DNA of 64,000 nucleotides from Massalongia carnosa (taxonomy: Eukaryota). The stretch covers positions 992,001 to 1,056,000 of the forward strand of contig OZ287072.1 in assembly GCA_965645245.1 (NCBI GenBank), given 5' to 3'. The notes beneath the pieces are model-generated. The model was not told the DNA's origin. It did no database searches and saw nothing but the letters and a program-made list of their open reading frames with translations. This document shows positions 25,070-35,228 of this stretch, piece after piece (the stretch's first letter is position 1; the number at the start of each line of letters is the position of its first letter). The position numbers were made by a program, and so were the translations under genes.

Positions 25070-26030
25070 CCTTCATTGCAAAGAATACGCGTCAGAACAG
25101 CAACCACATTCTGAATATCCACAAAGCTTGAAGAAGGAGAATTCAGTCCCACAGAGAACGCCTGCAAATGATCTGGCCAGCAGAGACCTCAACGTTATCA
25201 ATGGTCGACGTGAAGAACTGGGAAATATACATATCACTGAGACTCGGGCTGCTGCCAAGCAAGTAAAGAGCAGTGTTGTTTTCAACGATACAGCCCATCG
25301 ATCTACCGAGAGAAGCAGCCTCCGAAGGTGTTCAGTCGGACCCAGTCCTGCTACGCAGTGTTATCGGCGTTCCCTTGAGCCTGTCTTAATCAGACTCCTT
25401 GCTCAACTGCCTTTCAAGTATGGCGTAGCAACCAACCTCGTATCTAGATACGAAGCCCATATTACTGCGGACTGTCATACCGACATATTACAGAGATATA
25501 GGGAATCTGGACACCAATACAACATCGCGAAGGAGCTTCAGCTGTCCCTACCATACATGCGTATATCTATAGAAATCCCCACATTGAGTGTAATTTTTTA
25601 TAGATAGCTTGTTCAAGCTCAACACTGCAATTATATATCAGCCTCCCTTGTAGCTTCACGTCCGATTGCGCCCAGTTGCTGTACTCCTCGCACTGACGAC
25701 CGTGAACCTTTGATCAGTGTTATAGGAGAGCTGATCGCCACCGCTTCTCTCGCGCTTTTAAGGTACTCATCAAGGTTATCATGATTTATTACATGATGTT
25801 ACGGCAGGACGGATCGGAAAGGCTGCGAGAGATGGCGCACGTCAAGTATGCATGAGATATAATAACCTGGACTGAGAAGAAGCCATGCACTGTGACTTGA
25901 ATACGGCTAGATCTACCGTTTACAGCAAGCAGTCTCTTTCGAGAAACGCATGCTATCTATCTCCTTCTCCACGACAACTAAGACTTGCATGAGAACTTTA
26001 ATACATGAGAAGCGCGGCGTGCAGGAAAAA

Positions 26031-27082
26031 TTAGGGAGGAGGATCAAGTCCAACAATATTGCTTGGTCTCCTCATAACCCGCCGTGGGGCATTATGCTTC
26101 TCGCTCCACTCAACAACGCCATCATAATTTCGGCACCGATGCAAAGTGTTGAAATTCGGCCATGGAGTTTCCCTCCTCGAGACCCAGCTGTGGGTGATAA
26201 CGCCAACATCAGCGTCACAGGTTATCTTTTGCCGGAGCATTTCAATACAGTGGTCTAGACAGCATAGCGTATCAGCCTTGTACTATTTTGTAAAAGATCG
26301 TCAAACTAACCGACGTGAATGCGGAGCAACTCGGGCGGATCAGTGAAGGTGAGAGAGCGATTTTGATAGTATTCTGGGTACGTATACTCGCGGATTAAAT
26401 TCTGGTATTAATTTCACGTGTCAGTATTGAATGGTATCGATGTTTTCAACTCTGAAATCTGGTTTAAGACTTACCAGACAGTGCATTTGATGGTAAACCT
26501 CAAGACCGGCGAAGATTCCCCCGCCTTGGCTCTCGTCCAACCTAACGACGTTCTCTGTCAAGGCATGGCCGAGCTTCATGAATTCTTCTTCTGATATGCT
26601 GAAGGCTTCGACTACGAACGCATCTTAGCTCGTACGCGCCGTTAGAGAGAAATATACGTACTTGATTCTTTTCTGACCAGCGTCTCCCATGCAGCGTCGA
26701 GAGACGGATTAGGTGTCCCTCTGAACGGAGAAGGCCAGTCGAGTGTACCGTTGAAAAAGTATGTCTGGTAGGGAAGGATGGCGGCTAGCGCAGGGGCTAT
26801 ATTGCTTTTAGCATACTGGCTTCGTCGAGCATTGATCTACTGACACCAGGTGTTTTCTTGATTGATACAGTCAAGCGAGGATGTAGAGCTGGATTTAAAG
26901 AAAATGATTGTGAAGATGCTAGATATAATTGCAAGATAGGACAAGTGCGTTATCAACAACAGGTAGGTTGGGTTCTTTTGTGTTTGTATCTTGGTTTCAT
27001 AGGACTCTTCCAAGGACAACAAAGGCTGTGCCGATGATTTGCTGGCATCTGCGACATAATCTTGATAATGACCCATCTTCAT
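26031..27082 (-). CDS. UstYa-like / DUF3328 oxidative macrocyclase, 274 aa; exons 27082-26845, 26796-26662, 26611-26475, 26401-26311, 26254-26031
   Basis: Manual splicing gives an uninterrupted frame: N-terminal TM helix (YLLLITHLSYLAIISSIFTIIFF), SPFRGTPNPSLDAAWE, LEVYHQMHCLNLIRE (HxxHC 1), IHVDHCIEMLRQKITCDADVG (HxxHC 2) and PNFNTLHRCRNYDGVVEW. All introns are GT-AG. Confidence 0.95.
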
Positions 27083-27398
27083 ACGAAAACCAGGTGTATG
27101 AGACTGTTGCTTTGATTGTTTTAAATGGAGAGAGGGAAAATTTTCGAGTTGAGAAATGACTTAATGCTTACCTGCATCTAGTGCATTATTTGTATTGCGC
27201 TCTCCAGTACCCCGCACAAAGACGTCAGGGCGAAAGCTCACAATAATCATCTCACCTAACGCATGGAGACATGCATTGCTTACAGGTGTTGTTGGCTTGC
27301 GGCACATCTTTTCCATGGCAGAGAAGGTCAGACTTGCAATTTCGGGTGAATGGCAAATCTTAGCGCCATATCAGAAGACAATCTGAGAGATTTAGGAA

Positions 27399-27588
27399 TA
27401 GAGTGCGATCGACAATGCGTCGACTAGCTCATGCTGTAAGCTCCTAAACCACACCAAGTAGAGCTTGATAACCCGAGTCTAAACAAATTGACTAGAGTGC
27501 GATTAAGAATGCGTCGACTAGCTCATGCTGTAAGCTCCTAAACCACACCATATAGAGCTTGATGACCCGAGTCTAAAAAATTGACTAG
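27399..27588. repeat. Tandem duplication, 2 x about 94 bp, in the divergent intergenic region
   Basis: TAGAGTGCGAT...AATGCGTCGACTAGCTCATGCTGTAAGCTCCTAAACCACACCA...CCCGAGTCTAAA...TTGAC begins at 27399 and again at 27493 with a few substitutions. Confidence 0.9.
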
Positions 27589-28806
27589 GGCTGCAGAGCA
27601 ATCCCATCATCCGCGTCTTACTGCACAAGTGGCTGGTATTGTACCCTGTGACGCAAGCCTCTTACAATAATTTCAAGCAACAGACGGATTGGTTGAGTAG
27701 AGGCACCTGTGTTTCTCAACATGCAAATCCATACTGGAATAGAGATTCGATAAAAGGGTACGGCGGCTTCCAGTCTCTCAGAAAACTAGCTTCATGTATG
27801 GGTCACAATCAGTAGAGGCTAATTCAGGGGAATATTGACCTTTACCGTCGGCGGAGGACGTAGTAAAATGCTCTTGTATCTTGCCGCTTGCTATGAAAAG
27901 AAGGACTAACACAGACTGAGTTGGAGTTCATCAGTGACCAAATGGGAAACGAACAGGAAAGCGGTCAGACACAGAATCGTTGGAGCAGTGACGCTTACTG
28001 TCAGCAACCCTTAAAGAGACTTTCCCGCGCGGCAGTTTTCCCGCACTAATACATATTCGGCTCATCCCAAGTCTTGATCTACAACACCCTTTCCTCATTT
28101 TGCCTCTGGAAGCTCTCGAATATTGTGACATGCGGCATAAAGAGTGTAGAAGCTTTCGTAGCAGTCAGTGCCTATGGAACGGTTAAAAGGCTACAGAGTA
28201 ATCGCCTCACCGCTCTTTATAGCGGCCGGCCATGTATCAGCAGGCTCTTCTTCTGATGCAGAGCAGACGCATTATCCCTAGCCTTCAACGCCTCAGGTGA
28301 TATCCCAATGGTTGGCATCTTCCTTGGACTCACGATACGGCTTTAGTATCTTTTTGACTTCGGACCCACGCGAGCCGTTATCGTGGATTACTTTGATTAG
28401 GAAACAAAGACACCTCTCCGTGAATGATACTCGACAGCAAGGGTGTCGCAGGCGGCCCGATCATCCCATGCATCTCATTATCTTATAGACTCGTTGTTCA
28501 CCGCTACTGCTGTTTAGCTGCCGCGTAATGGTAGACGTGCGTCACCTTATTATAGTGCAGGGTAGGTAAACAGCGTGTCAGTGGCCAAGGTCGCTTGCAG
28601 CTGAGCAGAAATTATGTCGCGCTGACTTGTGGGTGGCAAAAATTCATCTAAAAGTCCTTAAAGCCCGGGTCATTCCTTTTAAGAAATTATATTACTCTTC
28701 AGATCACCATTCAAGTCCCAAACTGCAACAACTTTCCTCTTAGCACAATAGAACAGATATCTCGATCCTTCTTTATCTTCCTAAACACCTCAGCTGTGCC
28801 TTAATC

Positions 28807-29324
28807 ATGCACTGTCAACCAATTCTTGCTCTTGTACTCGGGCTCGCTACCCTCGGCATCGCAGCACCCATCCTTGAGCCAAGTCAGCGGCCCAGGTTCC
28901 TGTAGCGAGTATCACTGACAGATTTTCAGCCGATGCTGTCAAGCGTGAGGCCGAGAACGATCTGCAGTACAAGTACGGCAATTACGCCGGCGACAAGCGT
29001 GAGAACGAGCTACAGTACAAGTACGGCAATTACGCCGGCGACAAGCGTGAGAACGAGCTACAGTACAAGTACGGCAATTACGCCGGCGACAAGCGTGAGA
29101 ACGAGCTACAGTACAAGTACGGCAATTACGCCGGCGACAAGCGTGAGAACGAGCTACAGTACAAGTACGGCAATTACGCCGGCGACAAGCGTGAGAACGA
29201 GCTACAGTACAAGTATGGCAATTACGCCGGCGACAAGCGTGAGAACGAGCTACAGTACAAGTACGGCAAATACGCTGGCGATGAGGAGGATGTGAAAGAC
29301 AAGGATTTCAGTGCTTCCGTCTGA
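28807..29324 (+). CDS. Kex2-processed repeat protein / RiPP precursor peptide, 156 aa; exons 28807-28882 and 28930-29324
   Basis: MHCQPILALVLGLATLGIAAPILEPTDAVKR-EAENDLQYKYGNYAGDKR-(ENELQYKYGNYAGDKR)x5-ENELQYKYGKYAGDEEDVKDKDFSASV*. Signal peptide, a 47-nt GT...CTGAC...CAG intron restoring the frame, and KR sites between repeats. Confidence 0.93.
28953..29282 (+). repeat. Coding tandem repeat, 48-nt unit x 7 (last unit lacks KR)
   Basis: Unit GAGAACGAGCTACAGTACAAGTACGGCAATTACGCCGGCGACAAGCGT. Units start at 28953, 29001, 29049, 29097, 29145, 29193 and 29241. Confidence 0.97.
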
Positions 29325-29729
29325 TTGCTCTCGTCAATATGTGAGTACATCCCTACAGCCTCTATCGTATCAAGACTGATCGATTATCCAGAGAGATTGT
29401 GGGTATTTTCCACCTGGCAGCCAATTTTCTTTGTGGTCAAGGAGCCATATTAGTCAATGGTGTTTCGGAAGATTCGGTCGAAGGGATGAGGATTGACGGT
29501 TTTAGGACTAGTGTACGCAAAGATTGGGCGTGTTGCAGCGTTGCGTCAGTGTTTCCAGTGTCGCTCTTGTATATAACGACACTAGAGCATATCAATCATA
29601 TTTCTATCTATGAACAAGTTCGTCCTGTTACTCATAATGAGCTCATACACGATTAATCCAGGCACGTTTCATACCTATGTGGAGGAAATCAGCGCTGCTT
29701 GCTACAATTCTGACCCACATCTTATTCTT

Positions 29730-29995
29730 CGTGGGTGCAGCCAGCACTCTGCAAACATATTGGAATGTGTTTTGCTTAGTGCGAAAGAAAGAGACAGGCT
29801 GTCAGGAGATCGATCCGCTCGTCAAGAGCCAAATGCAAGGAGTACGCGAGCGCCTTCTCACATATGTCCCTCGCTGACGGGGAGCAGGTGAGACAGCAAC
29901 TGACCATCAAATATTGGTTACGGACGGAGAAGAAGAAGCCGATCATGCGTGCCGAGGATGAGCTCGAGCTCCTTAAGACCTTGGTGAGAAGCTGA
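29730..29995 (+). pseudogene. Fragment of a DUF3435-like (tyrosine recombinase / Starship captain-type) gene
   Basis: After removing a 46-nt intron (29842-29887) it reads AASTLQTYWNVFCLVRKKETGCQEIDPLVKSQMQG-VRQQLTIKYWLRTEKKKPIMRAEDELELLKTL and then breaks off. This resembles the N-terminal region of fungal DUF3435 proteins as I recall them. Confidence 0.55.
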
Positions 29996-30021
29996 CCAGG
30001 AGCAAGACCATAGATACGGCC

Positions 30022-30829
30022 TTGACAAACGTTATCGATTATGACGGTCTTCGGGCGCGCCAGGCTATGCTGCCAAGCAATGACATATGGACCTTCAACA
30101 TTTTTCGCCTCTCGGCCACCTCCCAGCCCTGCGCCTCCCATAATAGCACCCTCATAATCGCCTTTGTCCACAACGAAGACCACTACCGCAACACGCACCC
30201 ACAACAAGCCTGTTCCTACAACGCCGTCGGCGTCCGCTACAGCACCGATCTCGGCTGCTCTTGGACCCATTCCCTTCCGATCCTGCCCCTCGACATCCAG
30301 CGCGACGCCGCGAACTGCTACGCCGAAGGCAGCATTGGTGACATGGCCGCGGCCTGGAACCCGCTCAAGAAGCAATGGGTCATTCTCGCGCAAGAAGCGG
30401 GTGGGCCCTTCGCTATGAGCGTCTCTAGCGACCCGCTTGCCTCTCCCTCCTCCTAGACGCGCATCGATCCCGTCAGCGGTAAGACCGGCCCCGGGTTCAA
30501 GGGCGCGGCGCTCCCGCACGGCGATTTAAGCGCTGTATCTGGGAGCAACCCCGAGTACCATCCGCGACGAGAAGAATGCCTGCTGGCACATCGTATACGC
30601 GCGCTGGGGCGGCGGGTTAGCCTACAGCCGGAGCGTGGATCTGCAGCGGTGGGAGAAGCCGGTGATGATGTATCAGGGCGAGGGGGGCGAGGGCCACGTA
30701 AGATATCGGACGTTGGTCGGCGATGGGGGGGGTACGTTGACGACGGATGTCACGGCCATGTTGTATTTCGGTAGCGATATAAAGATTGGTGGCGGGAGGG
30801 CGTTGTGGGGCGTGAAGATTACATTTTAA
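30022..30829 (+). pseudogene. Disrupted beta-propeller / Asp-box (BNR) glycosidase-like gene
   Basis: GC-rich coding-like sequence with AFVHNEDHY, Asp-box YSTDLGCSW and SVDLQRWEKP. In-frame TAG at 30454-30456, an apparent frameshift near 30555, and no proper N-terminus. Confidence 0.6.
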
Positions 30830-31250
30830 AAGATGACAAGGGGGCTCCCGGTGGATTTGGCCAAGTGGAAAATTTTTCGGTTTGGAGGTCTTGAGGAAGT
30901 GAAATGGTCTGGATTCGCGTACACAAAGCAGCCGGGCTGTAGATTATTTAAAAATCCCTGGGGGTCGACGATGGAATACCCTGTGTATCATCAACTGATC
31001 CACACCCACGAAAGTCCATTGTTTTGTGTTCTCCTTTCCTAGAACCTGTTCAGATCTGTCCGGAACTCAAAACATTGAATTAGCAACCATCGCAGGCGTC
31101 TGCTGCTTGCCTTCCCCTTTTGAAATATTGCGCATCTCTAACTAGGATATGGCAAATGTATGCGTAAGAACGCTACGAATAAGTTTGAGTTGGTGACTGT
31201 AATTGTGTAACTATCTGGCACTAGCAGCTTTGGTTCTAACGATCTAGAGC

Positions 31251-32820
31251 TCACTTTGGGCGCGGTCTCTTGGCCGGCCTCCGCAAAGCACCATCGCAAC
31301 CAAAATCAAATACATAATCCTCTGCCTTGCTCTCGGACCCCACACTCGACTCCGCATTACGAACCTCTGGATAAGTGGGCAGAAGCTCTTTATCAGCGGC
31401 TCTAGGGGCCTCTTTCCACCATTTCTCCGCCAGGGCGGAGCATCGATTCTTACCCTTTCCCAGCGCTTCGGCGGCTGTCCATCGCGCTCGAGGATCCCAT
31501 TTCAAGAGTCCTTGCATAAAATTCACGGTTTCTGGCGAGGTATCTGTGAGGAATCGACGCTCGAGATTATCGACTCGGCCTGAGGCTAAGGATTCACGCC
31601 GCCACTTGATGAGCTCTGGACAGCCCATGGATGATAGCGCGGCCATGTCGTCCATCGTTGGAGAGCCTAGGAGCTTGACGATAAGCGAAAGTTGCTCTAT
31701 AGTTGTTTCTCCTGTGAGGCAAGGGGAGCTCTGAAGAAGTTCGGCCAGGACGAGTCCCGCAGACCAGAGATCAACGGAGGGGCTGTAGTATTTTGTACCG
31801 AGAAGAATTTCGGGTGCTCGGTACCAGATAGTAACCACCCCTGGTGTCAAAGGTCGAGGGCTATACGCACGAGCCATACCAAAATCGGCTTTTAGGAGAG
31901 TACATATCAATCAACGAGTAGTGGTATTCAGGATTTCTTAGACTGACCTAGCTTAAGTATACCTTTTGCAGTCAGAAGGATATTTTGCATTTTTACATCC
32001 CTATTATCAATAGTTGGTCATCTGTGGCAGAGAACGAGAGCGAACTGGGCATACCGATGGATGATGTCATTCTTGTGAAGATGATCAAGTCCCTCAAGAA
32101 GTTGTCGGAACAAGCATTTTGCTATACGAGGTTATTCTATAGACAGCAAAGGCTCTAGACGTCCCACTTACCCTGACTCAACGTGAATTTAACTCGTAAT
32201 TCATCAAGCAGGTTTGCCAAATCCTACGTAGGCGAAAGAACCGGCACTTCCCCCACCGCAAGGCAGAGGAGCAATAAGCCAGCGAGATGCGCTCATGCTC
32301 TTAGGTTGCCTCAAGTAAAGACCCTTGGCATCGGATCACCAACCTGTTCAGCGTATTCCATGACCATATAGATTTCATCTATTGCTTTTTCTCCAACCGC
32401 TACATCAAAAACATTGATAATGTTGTTGTGCTTCAAGGAGCGAAGAATCGATATCTCTCGTAACGCCGTGATAGGTACTCCATTTTGACGCTCCTCTGGT
32501 GAGATTCGAACCTGTTTGAGGGCGACGATTTGGGAGGTTTTTTTGTCCCGAGCCCGGTAGACTACCCCATAAGCTGAAACCCGTTAATAATTGGCGCAAA
32601 CCTCTTGGAAATATCGTGAGTAGGAAGACCTACTGCCTTCACCGAGCTGATTGAGTTTCTCGAAAGCGTCGATGGATTGACATCGCCCTAGGGTGCTCGA
32701 TCAATAGTGAGTCAAAGGCGTCTCGGTTTCGTATGTCAGCTTCCTACACTTACCTTGATATCCCGGATCTAACTCGAGCTCGAGGCGTTGGCCAGTAACT
32801 GAAATATATGGAATAGCCAT
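31251..32820 (-). CDS. Cyclin-dependent kinase, CDK10/CDK11-like, multi-exon
   Basis: RCQSIDAFEKLNQLGEG-YGVVYRA, VALKQVR, GVPITALREISIL, IIHR-DVKMQNILL, ADFGMAR and TPGVVTIWYRAPEILLG. Start ATG at 32820. Confidence 0.88.
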
Positions 32821-32912
32821 AGAATTCTTAACGTCTAAATCCATCAGATGAGACAAGGTTTAACCTTTCATTAGTAGAAGCGCGATTAAATACATAAGCG
32901 CGCCTACAAGTA

Positions 32913-34694
32913 CAGTCGAACCCCGCTATAGGGAAGTTCCGTATAACGAAAACCTCGGCATAACGAATTTATTTCTCGGATTTTTTGTAGTTATATGGTA
33001 AAAACCTCGTCTCAGGCTTTTTGCCCTGATGATCAGTTGAGATGATTTACGTCTTGACCAGATGAGGTGAAATGAATGGCATTGATCTATAGATGATTTT
33101 CTAGCTAGGTATGCCGCCATGGGATAGATCAAGAGATGTCTCCGAAGGAAGAAAGAATGTGGGGGATGAAGAATTTTTACCTGTGCCGCGGTGGCAATGT
33201 CATGTGACGGGCATGTGACGGGCCCGTTGACCAATGTTGGTTAATGCCAGACATTTGACACCTCGTTATAACGAAAAACCCTCCATAACGATATAACGAA
33301 AATTATTTTCAAACTTTTGGTGACGTTAGTTATAGCGAGGTGATAAAGCTGTCATATATTTGCTACGATTCTGCTGTAAATATGTCTCGAGAATGGCCTG
33401 CCTTCATGTCTTTGTCAATTTCCCCCCCCCGAAAAAAAACCCGTCATGGAATCACAAATATTCAGCGAAAAGCTCTTCGGGACTGGTACAATGATGATTC
33501 AAAGGATAAAGTGACTCAGAACGACTGTCGCATGTGGTGGAAAAAGGGAGTATAAGTATGTGCCTGGGAGTGGATTTATCAACGAGATTCTCAGTTCCAA
33601 ATATGCTTATCTGAATGATAAATAGGAGGCGAGCTCAATCAAATGAGAGATTATTCTCAAATGACCTGTGTTAAAAAAATGCTGTGTTCGAATGAAAGCA
33701 ACGATATGAACAGGTCAGTCTCACTGTTAATGCTGAAGTACTACGAATCAAGGTCATCGAATTGTGAAACAAACTGCCTTAGTATGAAGGCATTCCCACT
33801 CCGAAATGGAGCAACGACTGGCTAGATCGATTTAAAAGACGACGAGAACTCAAACAACGCATTTATCATGGCGAGGCTGGTTCAGCTGATCAAAGTGAAA
33901 ATGTACAGCAGATAATGACTGATCTTCGTAAATTAGTATCTCAATATGCTGTCAAAGACGTTTACATATAACATGAATGAAACAGGGCTTTATTGAAAAA
34001 TGGCACCCGATCGATCTCTTGATACTGAGAGGCACGCCGATCAGAAGCAGGATAAGATGTGTTTTTCACAGTAAGCTGCTCATACAGAACTGCTGAGGGC
34101 GATCAGGAGTCATTGATTGAGGTTCAGCACTCTTCAATCAATCAAGAACCTCGGAATGAATCGAGTTCGAGACTGTTTTGGAAAAGATTACACAAAACAT
34201 ACGTCAGATGCAGGTCATGGATAGAATAGAAGAGCCGATGAACATTCATCAATTTATAAACCCGCTCGAGGAGGCTATAGGGGACACGAATGAAGACATT
34301 ATAAATGATGTCGTTTCACGATATGCGGAGCAGGAAAGGCTCGCTGAAACGAATGAAGAGATGAATGTTATACCTGTTATAACGGTGAGTCAAGCATAGG
34401 AGGCTTGTAGGATTCTGAGACTGCATGAAGAACAGCAGTTGAAGGCGATATAGACATGCTTCATCAATTACGAAGACATGAACGGGGGCTGTTTGAAAGA
34501 CGGCAAAAGAGTCAAAAACAAGCCACTCTAAGCACTTGGGTAGTTGCTGGGGACAAAGGGGGAGAATTGGGGGTTTTTAGGGGGGCAAAGTAGTAAATTT
34601 ACCATGATTTCCCTCTCCCCCGATATAACGAAAAACCCGCTATAACGAAATTATTTTGGTAAAACGCCACCATCGTTGTGGCTGGGTTGGACTG
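32913..34694 (+). mobile_element. Degenerate pogo/Tigger-like (Tc1/mariner) DNA transposon, about 1.78 kb, TA TSD
   Basis: Ends TA|CAGTCGAACCCCGCTATA ... TTGTGGCTGGGTTGGACTG|TA, with subterminal TATAACGAA repeats. Broken transposase remnants of CENP-B-like HTH/DDE type (ITNIQRKALR, NDWLDRFKRRR, HGEAGSAD, NMNETGLY) carry stops, frameshifts and an internal deletion. Confidence 0.85.
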
Positions 34695-35228
34695 TACCCC
34701 CTAAGATTACATAACTACGTATGCGTATTGCACAAGAAAGTTCCCGTTTTTAACGGCATTGCTATTACTACTTACAGCTAGAATCAGACTTTGGTTCGAG
34801 TTTTCTACCTGGGAATTGCAAGCAAGCGCGTCGATTTCCCCATCTCAAATGATGAAGAGCATTCAACAGAAAGGGGTTGGGGATTAGATGTAAGGAGATG
34901 GTAGGTATGATGTAGTTTCATCGCCGTGGGACGAAGTGTACTATATTTCATGTTGAGTGTGATCAAGTGCAATAACTGTATTAGGATTGTCTGAAGACTT
35001 AGATCCTGAAAGACTACATGAAGCTTTCGATCGTCAAAGGTTAGCCTTTTACATAGGCAATTGATAGAAATATTGATTGATGTCTAGTTTGGCATTATCA
35101 AGTAAGGAAAAGCAGCCTAAGACTAGTTAGAACTGCCGTCAACAATTCTATGGCTTGCCTCTAGAGTGAGTACAAGGAAATTATCTACCAGCAAATATCC
35201 CATCAAAGGGTAGAAATCAAATTCCGCC

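Noticed and set aside
28953..29282. Repeat array as a CRISPR array
   Set aside because: Head-to-tail 48-nt units with no unique spacers, in a eukaryotic coding exon.
28933..29295. ORF-track protein with (STSTAITPATSVRTSY)n, resembling a mucin or adhesin
   Set aside because: Shadow frame of the repeat. The spliced frame supplies a signal peptide and KR sites, and makes the unit-6 variant synonymous.
28807..29324. Alpha-factor-like pheromone precursor
   Set aside because: It shares the KR/EA processing logic, but Pezizomycotina alpha-type pheromones are typically Trp/Cys-containing (WC...GQxCW-like). This core is Tyr-rich, lacks Cys and is paired with DUF3328. A signalling role is not formally excluded.
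29776..30519. 247-aa minus-strand ORF
   Set aside because: Antisense shadow of the GC-rich pseudogene; no protein-like motifs.
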